Shown here: piece after piece, positions 33,373 to 44,805 of the stretch
How the letters are laid out: the number at the start of each line of letters is the position of its first letter
Numbering within the stretch: the first letter of the stretch is position 1
From: Alphaproteobacteria bacterium
GTDB lineage: Bacteria; Pseudomonadota; Alphaproteobacteria; MPNO01; UBA830
Length of the DNA: 64,000 bases
NCBI GenBank assembly: GCA_964291215.2
Contig: OZ219791.1
Span: forward strand, 288,001-352,000
Direction of reading: 5' to 3'
Program-made: the position numbers and the translations under genes
Notes under the pieces: model-generated
The model's database searches: none
The model's input: only the letters and a program-made list of their open reading frames with translations
What the model was told of the DNA's origin: nothing

Positions 33373-35180
33373 CTACGGGGTTGCATACTGGAAGGCGTTG
33401 TCCCAGGACCGGGACAGTTTCATTGCCGAGTTGATCAGGCCGACCATCGAATAGGTTTGCGGGAAATTGCCCCAGAGCTCGCCCGTGACCGGGTCGATAT
33501 CCTCCGACAGCAGACCGGCCGCGTTTCTTGATTCGAGCATGTTCTCGAACAGAATCCGCGCCTCGCCCACCCGTCCCGCCATCGCCAGCGCGTCGATGTA
33601 CCAGAAGGTGCAGGCATTGAACGCGACTTCCGGCTTGCCGAAATCGTCGGCGATGGCGTAGCGGTATATGTGATCGCCGTGACGCAATTCCTTTTCGATC
33701 CGCTCCAGCGTCGTCGTGAAACGCGGATCCCGCGCATTGACGAAACCCATCTGCGGCAGCAGCAGCAGGACGGCATCAACATCAGTGCCGCCGAATGTCG
33801 AGGTAAACGAGCGCAGCTTTTCGTTCCACGCATGGGTGACGATCTTGTCGTAGATGTTGCGTGCCGTCGTCGACCAGTGCCGGGCGCGGTCCGTCAAGCC
33901 GAGTCTCACCGCAATCTGGGCGAGACGGTCGCACCCGGCCCAGCACATGACGCTCGAGAAGGTATGGACGGACTGCGTTTCGCGCAGTTCCCAGATCCCC
34001 GCATCGGGTTTGTTCCAGGATTCCGCCGCCTTGTTGCCCAGCGCTTCGAGACGGCGGAACAGCGCCTCGTCGCCCTGCCGCACCAGCCGGAGGTCGAAGA
34101 ACATCTGGGTGCAGGACAGGATCGCGAACCCGTACCCGTCATTCTGGATCTGCCTGTACGCATCGTTGCCAACGCGCACCGGCCCCATGCCGCGGTAGCC
34201 GGGAAGGCCTTTGATGAAGGTTTCGGGAAGCGATTTGGCCTGGGCCACTCCGAAAAGCGGCTGCAGGTATCCGTCCTCTGCCGCCTCGGCGATGTTCAGG
34301 ATGTAGTTGAGATAGCCCTCCATGGTCTGCGTCACGCCAAGGCTGTTGAGCGCGTGGACGACGAAAAACGAATCTCGCAGCCAGCAATAGCGGTAGTCCC
34401 AGTTCCTTCCGCTGTCGGGCGCTTCGGGAATGGATGTGGTGGGGGCCGCGATGACGGCGCCCGATTCCTCGAAATAGGACAGTTTCAGGGTGATCGCGGC
34501 GCGTATGACGGCAGTCTGCCACTCGAACGGCAGCGAAAGATAGCGGACCCATTCGCGCCAGTAGTCCTCGGTCTGATCGCAGAAGTCCCTGAACGTCGCT
34601 CCGACCGCACCGCTCAGGGTCTCGTCCGGCCCGATGACGAAGGTAGTCGGCGTCTCAAGCAGGAACGGGACCTCTTCGAGAACATAGGTAACCGGCGCAT
34701 CAGTCGTCAGCCTCAACGTCAGGTCCGGCATCACGTAGCGCACATGATTCGATCCGCGCGTGATTTCCGGGAGCCTGCTTCCGTAGTCGCAGGTCGGGCG
34801 CAGGCGGATCGTGCAGCGTGGGGTGCCGGACAGCGGAATGACTTGGCGCAGGATCATCGGCGGCCGGAACATGCGGCCGTACTGGTTGAAGCGCGGCACC
34901 AAGTCGATGACCTTGACCGCCCCCCCCTTGTCGTCGTGGAGAATGGTCTCGACGATAGCCGTATTGTTGCGGTAGCTCTGACTCGAATGCGAGAAATGCT
35001 TGATCTCAACGGCAAACACGCCGTTTTCCTGATCGTCGGGCGCATGCAGAAGGGCGCAGAACCGCGGGTCGCTGTCGAATCGCGGAAGGCAACTCCAGAC
35101 GATCCGCGCCCAGCGGTCGATGAGGGCGCTGAAGCTGCAGTTGCCTATGACGGCGAGTTCAAGATCGGTGTTCATGCGCA
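33373..35180 (-). CDS. GH15 glycoside hydrolase, trehalase-like
   Basis: AAPTTSIPE..RNWDYRYCWLRD, PDAGIWE, LSED..LWGNFPQTYS. Confidence 0.92.
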
Positions 35181-36010
35181 TCTTCCCGTTTTCGGCGCGG
35201 CGCCCGAAGGCATGCCGGCCAGCTGTCGAGCCACGCGACGACTTCGTCGACATCCTTCAGGACATGGCGCGCCGCGGTCTGGTCCGTATGGCCCACCCGA
35301 ATGGCATACCCTTTAGCCATGTTGACATGGGCGAACCCGTCCTCGTCGGTCGTGTCGTCGCCGATGAATACCGGCGTTCGCCCCTTGAAGGGCGCTTCGG
35401 CCATGAAATCGCGGATTGCGGATCCCTTGTCGGCTCCTGCCGGCTTGATCTCGATAACCATGTGGCCGTGCATCACCCGCATGTCGGGCGCATGTTCGCG
35501 CACCATATCCCGGACATGGTCCCGCAGCGTGTCTTCGGTCGCGGGAACCTGCCGGTAGTGGACGGCGACGGCGTGCGACTTCTCTTCGATGATGACGCCG
35601 GGTGCGCCCGCCGCAACCGCCCTCAGGCCGGCTTGCAGCCGGTCCAGCCCGGGCGGGGCTGGTCCGGCCCGGCGCCGCCCGTGAACATCGCGGCGTTCCA
35701 GCCCGTGCTGGCCGGCCGCGGGAAGCCGGTGCGGCCGGAACAGCTCGTCGAGCTCGTCGATCGGACGTCCGCTGACCAGGCCGATGGCGCCGCCGAGACA
35801 GGGCAGGAGTTCATCGAGGATCCGGCACACGCGGTCGCTGCGCCGGACTTTATCGGGAGTTGCCTTCAGGTGCAGCACGGTGCCGTCCACATCCAGAAAC
35901 AACGCCCAGCCGGGCTCGGGACGAAGGCTCAGCGCCGAGGGTCTATCAAGTGAACGCATTGCGATTCCGAAAGCAGCTCGCAGCCCGGCAAGTTTCCGTT
36001 CGTGCGCCAT
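35159..36010 (-). CDS. otsB: Trehalose-6-phosphate phosphatase
   Basis: LFLDVDGT, VSGR, GQHGLE, HYR, DKG, FIGDDTTDEDGF; start codon uncertain. Confidence 0.9.
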   Translation of the reverse strand: MAHERKLAGLRAAFGIAMRSLDRPSALSLRPEPGWALFLDVDGTVLHLKATPDKVRRSDRVCRILDELLPCLGGAIGLVSGRPIDELDELFRPHRLPAAGQHGLERRDVHGRRRAGPAPPGLDRLQAGLRAVAAGAPGVIIEEKSHAVAVHYRQVPATEDTLRDHVRDMVREHAPDMRVMHGHMVIEIKPAGADKGSAIRDFMAEAPFKGRTPVFIGDDTTDEDGFAHVNMAKGYAIRVGHTDQTAARHVLKDVDEVVAWLDSWPACLRAPRRKREDAHEHRS

Positions 36011-36091
36011 AATAGCTCGAATCTTCGGGATATGGGCACCGGCGCGCCGCGGAGAGCCCGGGCCTTTCAACGAGCCATGATTAACTCGACG

Positions 36092-38017
36092 GTATCTACT
36101 CACCCCTAGTTGGGTTCTGATTGGTCGTAGTGCTCGTTGATGATGTCTGCGGCTTTTCCGTCGAGGGCGATCTGGGTGGCGACGAGTGGGTTGTAGCCGA
36201 GTGCGGCCATGGAGGTGAGGTAGCTTGAGCCCCGGCACCATGCTTTTGCGTGGAGCGGAAGCATCCGGACACCTTGAGCTTTGCCATCCTGATCTTCTGT
36301 TCTCCGGCATTGTTGGTGAAGCTGACATCGGGGTCGTCTGTGAAGCGCAGGTTTTCGTGTTTCATGAGACGTTCGTGCAGGTTGTGCGCGTTTGCTATGC
36401 GTTTTCCTTTCGGCGGGATGTCGGGCAGTTCCTTGGCGCCCTGATGGTGCGGTAGCGCACGGCCTCGTTCAGGGTCCTGGATGCGCTCTTGTTGATCTTG
36501 TGGCAGACCTCGCGGAGCAGGCTCTTCATCAGTCGCGCGGTAGCCTCGACGACGAAGGTCAGTTCGCGCAGCAGGTGGCTGCCGCTGGTGGCTACACTGC
36601 CATGTACGAGGCCCAGGACGCCCTTGTAGCACGGGCCGATCTCTTGCTTGCGGTGCGGGAACTTGCACGTCCCGACGACATGGAGCCACTTGCTGTTGAT
36701 CCGAAATCGTCGACATCGGGCGTTGCAGGAGGTGCGCCACGGCGGCCTCCTCCCATGACGCATCGTGAAAGCATGGCCGAGGCCTCGGAGAGCTTGATGC
36801 CGGAGATCGCCTGCACGAGCGCGACGGCGCAGGGACAGCATTTGGGCGACCAGCAGGTTGATGACGAGGGCTTGGATGCCGTACTGCACGGGATGTTGTC
36901 GGGGAACCGGGCCTTGCACTTTGGGCATTCCTCGGCGTCGACGCGGCACGACCTCGAACACGATGTCGTGCGGCGCTCCCGATCGACGGGGTCGGCGCCG
37001 CAGGCGTCGCAGGCCGCGACCGTTTCCTCGACGATGGTCTTGCGCAGGTTGTCGCCCATCTGCCGGTTCGGCTTCGGGCCCTTGCTCCCGGCACGCTTCG
37101 CGCTCTCGTCCGTCTGTGACGGCGGCAGACCGGAGTTCCGGCTCGTGCGTGGTTTTCTCCAGAAGGACGACGATGAGGATGTCGAGGACGCGGATCACGG
37201 CCTCTTCCGACACCTTACCGGCCGCACGCAGCGCCGCAGCCTTGGCCGCTTCGAACTCCTCGCGCGCCGCCCGTCGCCATCACCCGGCCTCGCCGCGAGC
37301 ATCGCCCGGCGCTCACCCGGCGGCATCTTCCGGTACTCCGCCTTGCGCTTGATGCGCTGACGGTCCGTGCGGTTCCGCCCGGCATGGCTGGCCGAGTGCA
37401 TCCCCGCCCGGGCTCGAAGTTGAGCCACACCACCTCGGTGCGGACCCGGGGCGTCACCTGCACGACGATGCGGCGCCAGTCTCGCAGCAGGTCGTCGTAC
37501 AACGCCGAGGGGCAGCCCAAGACCATCGCCTGACACGGCAGCCCCTTGAGCAGTTCAAGGAGTTCGACATGGTCGGCTTCGGTGTAGTCGTGGCGGTATC
37601 GCCGCTTCGACCGGCGGGTCGCCTGCAGGGGTCGCTGCAGACCAGTTCCGTGCCCCGGAACGCAAGGCCGGCCAGGAACGCGTGGGCGCAGCCGTGGATC
37701 AGTTTCACCGGATAGTCGCACCCGAATCCGTCCAGCGCTCCCGGTCGATCCCGATAGAGCATGGCGCCGGCGCCTTGCGCTTCATCAGCGCGCCGCCTCC
37801 CGGATGCGTTTCCACATACAGATCATGCGGGGGCTGGAGCCCCGGAAGCAGCTGGCACAGCCCGCTCGTCGCTTTCGATCCAAAGTAGCCCACTGGCGGT
37901 CCCCGTCGTTCTCGATGACCACCACTAAACGAATCAGCCTGCAGTGTCAAATCTCCACGAAAACCCGTTCGTTACTCTACCCCGACATCAAGCCGGAACC
38001 AGGGGGTGAGCAGTTAC
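36092..38017 (-). mobile_element. IS66-MTase element copy G: full-span eroded MTase at 37280-37893 plus tnpC, no TSD
   Basis: Both IRs present; MTase remnants from YFGSK through RTEVVWLNF and TDRQRIKRKA; flanks ACTCGACG and CAAAAATC. Confidence 0.9.
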
Positions 38018-38072
38018 CAAAAATCAACGCATTCAATAGTGTCAGGTTGAAAGGCCCGGGCGACGGGCGCAG

Positions 38073-38672
38073 TCAGGGCAGGGCGGAGGCAGCGCCGTCC
38101 CGCAGTTCTTCCTCGATCGGCACTTGCAAGGCTTCGTGGACCGAGTTGTACATCTTCCAAAAACCGACGACGCAGGCGAGTTCGACGATCTGCGGCGGCG
38201 TCAGCTGCGCGGCCAGTTCGTCGAGCAGGGCTGTTGGAACCGCGCCGTGGTCGAGTGTAGCCGCCCGAGCATACTCTACCGCGATGCGCTCGACGGCGCT
38301 GTCCGGAACATGGGACGGATCGAGAAGCTCGGCGACTTGGGTTTCCGAGAAGTCCCAGCCCTCTCCTTCTCCGTCCGAAGCGCTGGTGAGGGTGTTGACG
38401 TTGTGCGCCACGCAGTAGGCGCTCTGGTTGAGATGCGAACAGATGGCGGCAATGCGCCGCTTGAGCGCCGGGTCGAGATGACCCGAGGGGTCACGCATGA
38501 CGGTGTTGTTGAGGCGGATCAGGGCCGAGAGGATTTCCGGACGGTGCATGTAGAGCCGGAGCGCGTTGGGCATGAAGCCCATGCGGCTCTCATACGCAGC
38601 AAGCGCGGCGCGAAGAGGTTCATCGAGGGCGCTGCCGTCAGCATAGGGGATGAAAGGGGTGTCTTCGCTCAT
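38073..38672 (-). CDS. AhpD/carboxymuconolactone decarboxylase-like protein
   Basis: GFMPNA..HRPE, CSHLNQSAYCVAH, QIVEL. Confidence 0.8.
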   Translation of the reverse strand: MSEDTPFIPYADGSALDEPLRAALAAYESRMGFMPNALRLYMHRPEILSALIRLNNTVMRDPSGHLDPALKRRIAAICSHLNQSAYCVAHNVNTLTSASDGEGEGWDFSETQVAELLDPSHVPDSAVERIAVEYARAATLDHGAVPTALLDELAAQLTPPQIVELACVVGFWKMYNSVHEALQVPIEEELRDGAASALP

Positions 38673-38718
38673 CGGTTGTTCCGAAGCTGGTGGAGGGACG
38701 GGTCCGAGGCCGCCGGTG

Positions 38719-40131
38719 CTACAGGTAGTCCTCGAGCCTGACCTTTCCCCAGTTCAGGGGGAACGCCTGCCGGAAGTCGTCACCGCCGCGGTGAGGTTTG
38801 GCCGTTGCGTCGATGCCGATCTTGCCGACCAGGCGAAACGGTTCGTGGCCGGGCAGCGGTTGGGCGGACGGGTCGTAGGGAGAACCGCGCGTGCCGGGCA
38901 CGATGATGATGTCGCGCGCCGGGTCGACCCGTGTCGCCATGGCGTGATAGACGGCGCCGGGATCGTCGGGGTTGGTATCCGGGCCGACGGCAACCACCAT
39001 CTTGGTGTTCAGCCAGGGTGCACCCATGGTCTGCATCAGGGCGTCGTTGATCAGCCCCGGCCGCGGGTAGTCGAGCTGCAGGATGCAGCTCAGCGCGGCG
39101 CCCCAGGGCGGAAACCGCACGTCGCAGACATCGAGGCCGATCTCAGTCAGGCGGTTGTAGAGCACCGCTTCGTGGCACAGGCGGGGCAGGGTCTGATGGT
39201 CCGTGTCGGGAACTGTCTGGTGGTTCCTGTAGATGGGACGGCCTGCCCGCATCGTGACGGACCTGACCGCGATCTCGGGTATGTCCTGGTGCGCGGGAAG
39301 AAAATAGCCGCTCGGCGCGTTGACGCCGCCGGCACTGCGCGTACCGGAGAGGTCGACCACGGCCTCGACCACGATCTCCGCATGCGCCGGCACGAGAAGG
39401 TCGATGGTCTCGCACGGCGTCATCTCGATGTCCTGGTCCATCACGGTGCCGACCATCTCGAGTTCGCCCCAGAGGTCCATGTGCATGCCCGAGAAATTGG
39501 CCATGATCTCGTAGGCGGGATGGAGGCCGAAGACGATGGCGATCGGCATCTCCGCGAGGCCCGCATCGCGGTACTTGCGCATGATGATGTGGGTGTGCGG
39601 CGTTGCGAAGCTGATCACACCGTGGCTCGGGCCGAGCGGCGTGGTGCCGGCGTGGGACGAGTTGTAGAAGCCGGTCTCCGGATCCTTGACGATGTTCATC
39701 GCCGAAATGTAGCGGTTGCCTTCCTCCGCCGAATGGACGGGCACCGGAAGGTCGAGCCAGTTGGCGTCATCGCCGAGGCGGATGATCTCCTTTACGGGCC
39801 CGGTAGCGACCTCCACGAAGCCGCGGGGCGGCATGCGGAGGCGCTGTGCCAGCGTCGGCAGATAGTCTTCCTGGTCGACCCCGAGGGCGCGGCACTGCGA
39901 CCACCGGTGCTTGACCAGAATGTCGCAGATCCGGAAATCAGGATATTCCGTTATGTTCTCGAACAGCACCGGCCCCTCGGACTGCGCCGACAGCGCACCG
40001 ATATTGTCGATCGAGACCGGCCGCTCAACGACCGTCAGGATGTCGCTGTTGCTTTCGAGGTAACCGCGAAGGTCGCGATCGAGTGCGCGGTTGCTGCCGC
40101 AACCGGTCCGGGAAGCGCTGTCACCTGCCAT
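38719..40131 (-). CDS. UbiD-family protein with non-canonical active-site motifs
   Basis: DLRGYL, PVLFENI, LPVP.H..EGNRYI, KDPETG, VPAHAEIVVE, KMVVAV, A.ATRVDP, KIGIDAT. Confidence 0.85.
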   Translation of the reverse strand: MAGDSASRTGCGSNRALDRDLRGYLESNSDILTVVERPVSIDNIGALSAQSEGPVLFENITEYPDFRICDILVKHRWSQCRALGVDQEDYLPTLAQRLRMPPRGFVEVATGPVKEIIRLGDDANWLDLPVPVHSAEEGNRYISAMNIVKDPETGFYNSSHAGTTPLGPSHGVISFATPHTHIIMRKYRDAGLAEMPIAIVFGLHPAYEIMANFSGMHMDLWGELEMVGTVMDQDIEMTPCETIDLLVPAHAEIVVEAVVDLSGTRSAGGVNAPSGYFLPAHQDIPEIAVRSVTMRAGRPIYRNHQTVPDTDHQTLPRLCHEAVLYNRLTEIGLDVCDVRFPPWGAALSCILQLDYPRPGLINDALMQTMGAPWLNTKMVVAVGPDTNPDDPGAVYHAMATRVDPARDIIIVPGTRGSPYDPSAQPLPGHEPFRLVGKIGIDATAKPHRGGDDFRQAFPLNWGKVRLEDYL

Positions 40132-40136
40132 CGACG

Positions 40137-41177
40137 CTACGCGGCCGCCGCCATTCGCGCCTCGGCGCGGATCATGCGGTCGATTCTGCGGCGGAACAGG
40201 CCTGCGGATGCGTCGAGGTCAAGGCCGATCTTGCCGCGGCCCGAATGACGGTCCTCCCGCTGCTGGATGGCTTCGAGAATCTCCTTGTCCTCGGCGAAGG
40301 CGATGCGGAACTGTTCGCTGATGCGTTCGCCGACCCCGTCGTCGCCGATGTTGAAATCCCTGACATGGAGCCAGCGATCGATCGTCCGGTTTTCCGTGAT
40401 CGGCGTCATGAAGTGGCAGGAAAAGACCTGGACGCGCTGTTCGCCGCCCCCTTCGAACCCGCCGGTTCCCGCGGCCGCGCCGCCGAAATCGATGATAGAT
40501 GTCGACGGCGCATGCATCAGGTAGCGCTGCCACATGTCGACCCGGCTGTCGTCGTTGTTCGCCGCCCGGATGAATCCGGTGGGCGCCGAATCCGACGTCA
40601 GGCGCTCGGTCAGGACGCCCCACGAGGTTGCGCGATGCGTGACCGGCGCATTGATCTCGTCGGGGTTGCCGAGCGTCGACGGATGGACGTAGTTCACATG
40701 GGTGGGGTCGCAGAGATTGTCGCACAGCAGAAGGTAGTTGGCGGTCACGTCGAGCGCGTCACCGTGGGCGACAGCCCAGCCGTCCTGATGGTACTCGGGC
40801 AGGTCGTAGATCTCCGACTCGTCCGCCCGGTCGGCGTCTCCCATCCAGATCCAGACGAGACCCATTCGCTCGGCCACCGGATAGGCGCGCACCGCGCATT
40901 TGGTGGGAGGGGCGTCCTGGGTTGGGGCGCCCACGCAGCCGCCGCCGCCATCGAATATCAGACCGTGATAGCCGCACTGCAGGTTATTGCTGCGGATGCG
41001 CCCCTTCGAGAGCGGCAGGAAACGGTGTGGACAGAGGTCCTCGAGGGCTCGCGGCTGCCCGTCCGCGCCGCGCCAGAGCACGACCTCATCGCCAAGAATC
41101 GTCGCTGCGAGCGGCGAGGTCTCAAGGTCACGCGTGAAACTCGCTACGTACCACGCGTTGCGGACAAATGGCATCAT
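40137..41177 (-). CDS. Rieske non-heme iron oxygenase, VanA-like
   Basis: RNAWYVA, CPHR..CGYHG, DNLCDPTHVNYVH, AFAEDK. Confidence 0.9.
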   Translation of the reverse strand: MMPFVRNAWYVASFTRDLETSPLAATILGDEVVLWRGADGQPRALEDLCPHRFLPLSKGRIRSNNLQCGYHGLIFDGGGGCVGAPTQDAPPTKCAVRAYPVAERMGLVWIWMGDADRADESEIYDLPEYHQDGWAVAHGDALDVTANYLLLCDNLCDPTHVNYVHPSTLGNPDEINAPVTHRATSWGVLTERLTSDSAPTGFIRAANNDDSRVDMWQRYLMHAPSTSIIDFGGAAAGTGGFEGGGEQRVQVFSCHFMTPITENRTIDRWLHVRDFNIGDDGVGERISEQFRIAFAEDKEILEAIQQREDRHSGRGKIGLDLDASAGLFRRRIDRMIRAEARMAAAA

Positions 41178-41437
41178 GCACCTCCCGTCAGAGGTCGGGC
41201 GCCGGACGATCGGCCCGGGAGCCGGATATCATACTTGGAACATGGAGATTGTTGCGTGCGGCGTCAATGTCCATTCCGCTTTCGGGGCCGGCCCTAGCAA
41301 TCCATCGACATTGTATTGATGGTTTTTTGTGGGTAGTATTTCCGTGTCGGCATCCGTTGGAATCCGGACAGTGCCGATATCCACACGGGCAAGATGCCGA
41401 ACGGGCAGGCAGCAGCGGCCCCATGCGCAGGGGGTCC

Positions 41438-42671
41438 GGGTACTGTAACTTGATGTCTGGAAATTTGTCTGAGGTTTGCGCTTTGAGGCGTTTCACTGGG
41501 GGGGGGGGGGCTAGCCCCCCCCCCCCCCCCAGTGAAACGCGGCGCCATCGTGCTATCCCATGGAGTTGGAAAAATTCATGGAGGAAGCGAATGGACCTGC
41601 GACACACTACGACGATCGGGACTGTTTTGGAACATCTGATCGCAAACGGAGCAACGGATCTGGGGCGGGTCGCCAGCTCTTCGAGCTTGCGATGCAAATC
41701 GAGCGCGAGCAGTACTTGAAAGCGGGCCACCGGACACCGGAGCGACAGGGCCAACGGCTACAAGCGGATCGACACCCCCACTGTTACCGTTCAGGTGCCA
41801 AACGGTCACGGGGACGATCCGTCCCCAGTCGCTTGAACGCGGCCAGCGATCTTCTCGCGCCGTAGCCGAGATGTACATCAAGGGTGTTTCCACTCGGCAA
41901 GATGTAATGCGCGAGTTCGGGAGCCTGTCCTCTTCTCAGGTCAGCCGAGCCACCAAGTTGCTCGATGAAGAACTCGCCGCGCAACCGGCCCCTGATGAAA
42001 TACCTGGATGCGCGCTATGAAAAAGCCCGCCATGACGGCGTTGCGCGCGATGTTGCAGTGCTCTCGGCCATCGGAATAGGGGCTGCAGGCACGTTCTGGG
42101 GCTCTCTGTGGCGCTCTCCGAGGCCGAGGTCCATTGGAGAGCCTTCCTGGAAAGCTTGCAAACCCTGCATGGTACGACCTTCATCGTCTCGGATGCCGGG
42201 TTGAAAGCGGCACGACGCGCGGTGCAAGGCGCGGCGATGTGGCAGCGCTGCCAGTTCCACCTGGCGCAAAACGCCGTGCACCGAACAACGGCATCAGGAA
42301 ACGTATCGGAAAACAGCTCGGAGCCACGCCTCCTCACTCCAAACCGCCGAGGCTGAACCGGGCACCCTCGTGGCCAGCGACAAGCATCCAGGCTTCCTGG
42401 CTGGAAAACAATGCGGGGCTCGCTGTCTTCACCTTGCCCGATGCTCACCACAAGCGTATGCGAACCTCGAACGGCATCGAGCGACCGATCCGGCAAGAGC
42501 TCAAGCGGCGCACCTCCAAAGTCAGGGTCTTTCCGAACCTCGCCTCGTTGGAGCGCCTCTCAACCGCGGTCCTCATCGACGAAAAATGGGAAACCGAAAC
42601 CAAGATCAAATGGGAACAGCTCGATGACTGAGAGCTTCACGACAATTTCCAGACATCAGGTTGCGTAATCC
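41438..42671 (+). mobile_element. IS256-family element, eroded
   Basis: About 30-bp IRs AAC(T/C)TGATGTCTGGAAATT; EMYIKGVSTR, YLDARYEK, WQRCQFH, RTSNGIER..ELKRRT..FPN. Confidence 0.85.
41488..41540. repeat. Palindrome GCGTTTCACT-G13-CTAG-C16-AGTGAAACGC
   Basis: Read directly from the sequence. Confidence 0.85.
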
Positions 42672-43133
42672 AGGTCCGGACAACGGGCATGCCCGCAGGT
42701 CTTCGGCGCAATGACAGGAGCGGCGCATATGGCCAACTCTCGGGGCAGGAAGCTCTACCGCGTGACCCTTTCGGCGCAGGAGCGCCGGGATCTGAAGGCG
42801 ATCGGGCACCGGGGCCGCCTGGCGCCGGGCACAGGTCCTGATGCTGAGGGGCGCTTGTCGATGCCGACATTGCGCTGGGCACGGCGACGGTCGAGCGCTT
42901 GCGCAAGCGCTGCGGGGGCTGGAGGCCGCCCTCAGCCGCAAGGAGCAGGTGAACCGCCGGCCGAAACGGGGCGATGGAGGCGAAGCTGGTCGCCCTGCTC
43001 GTCCCCGCCCGAGGGCTGTGGACGCTGCTCGCCGGCCGTCTGGTGAAGATCGTCGAGCGCATTTCGGAAGAGACGGTCAGGAAGACGCTAAAAAAAAGAG
43101 ATCAAGCCGTGGCTGAAGCAGTACTGGTGCATT

Positions 43134-44805
43134 ATCGCGGTAGGGAACCGGGTTTCCCCGGTCCCCCCGCACAGATCCGGACTTGCGCTGTTCGCATCCG
43201 GCTCCTCCCCTGACGACAAGGCGCTGGTTTGGCCACGGATGCTAGCCTTAGGCCAGTGAGCTTCGACGAGGGTGTCCATGTCCCTCCATTCGGTGCGATC
43301 CTTTTGGGAACGCCGCCGAAGGGCACGCAGCCGTTTGCATTGGTATATGAACCCCTGCAGGGACTCACTGCTTCCCGGAACGGCGTAGTAGCAGCCTTTG
43401 ATCACTCGCCACTTGGCCGTCTTGTGCCGATTGTCGTGCCACCGCTTGCGCAGCGCCTCCTTGATCCGCCGCAGGGTGCCCGTTTCTGGGCTGGTTTGCG
43501 GCCGACCCTGAACTTGCCCTTCCACGTCTGCTCGCAATAGTGCGTCATACCGAGGAAGTCGAACGTCTTGCCCCCGCTTCCGGCGGTTCGCTCTCGCAAA
43601 CCGACCGAACTCGATGATTGTCCGGGTGCAGTTCAAGTGAGCCAACCTCTCCCCGAGGTCCCAGCGCTTCGCATCGCCCTGATCCTGAAAGCCGCACACA
43701 AAATCATCCGCATAACGCACGATGATCGTGTCAGTCATCCGTTTGCGCCAATGGTTCTGGAACCAGTCACGTAGTGCAGGTAAACGTTCGCCAGGCAGGG
43801 GCTGCGCCCTGCGGCGAACCAGCACCGGTGTCGCTCCATGACGCCAGCGTCACTTGATGATCAGACCCCCCGATCCGTCTCTCGAGCATCGCGACCAGAT
43901 GGTCGCAATTGTCGAAGGGGCGTCAACGATCCAGTTGACCTTCCGCCGTTCCACCGTGACTGCATCGAGCGCGTTGTGCGTCCCGGCCGGAAACCATAAC
44001 TGAACCCGAGGAACTCCGTCTCGCGGTACCAGAATCGTGTCCGTCACTGCCCGCTGAAGAATCTTGTCCGAGGCAAGCGGTCGTTGCCCTCCATCCTCTT
44101 TGGGTATGTATACCCGACGGAGGCGCCCGCCCCTGTGCACACGGCAGGTCGACCAGTTCCACACCTTCCGCATACGCGTGCCACGTAACTCCGTCCACGC
44201 CCGCTGCCGCGTCCTTTCTCAAGGAGTGAAACGCCGCGTGCAGGACATCACGTGGTGGAGCAACGTCACAAGACGCTCTTCCGGATTCCTCTTCGCAACT
44301 TGTCGTATGCGTTCGGCCGCCTGTGACCCACTTTCCCGCTTCTGCGCGCGGCGCGGGCTTTGGCCAACCGCATTTCCCTTCCCTCCAGCAGCTCCGCAGG
44401 CTCCGAGGAGCCCTTGTTCGCCGCCTTCAACGGTACTATGGCCGAATCTGACTTCTCGTTCATCATCGGGTTACGGAATAGTTCCTTTCCTCTGCGACCC
44501 CTCTACGACAGTGGGGTAATTGGAAGACCTCCCAGGTCCCGGTAGACTGCTTCAGCGCGTGCCATGGTTCTCAGACCCCGCGGAGCCCCTGCTCGCCTCA
44601 CCAAACGCGGCCCGCAGGGTGTTGCCTTCGGCCTGGTGGACGATCTCAGCACTCCGGTTTCGCAGTATCTCGTGGCTCAATAGCCCGGCTTGCCGCTCCC
44701 CAACGCTTCGCCTCACGACGCATGGTTCACGGAGGAAGTGGTGGTTAGCCTCTCTTCCTGCCGGGACTCTCACCCGGCGACATCCTACCAGTTAGCCTGG
44801 CGCTC
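43134..44805 (-). mobile_element. ltrA: Group II intron (copy 2) with eroded RT ORF
   Basis: 5' end GAGCGCCAGG (variant of GTGCG), 3' end ..CCCTACCGCGAT; VRYADDFV; removing it restores tac tgg tgc att cca ccg (YWCIPP). Confidence 0.9.

Noticed and set aside
31098-33434. Long ORFs such as 31098-33434 (+), 10734-12647 (+), 13558-15393 (+) and 38650-40248 (+)
   Set aside because: They are antisense or off-frame shadows of real genes in high-GC DNA, with no recognisable motifs of their own beyond the IS fragments already listed.
41430-42680. TSD for the IS256 element
   Set aside because: GGTCC(GG) occurs on both sides, but I could not place a clean 8-9 bp duplication at the IR boundaries.
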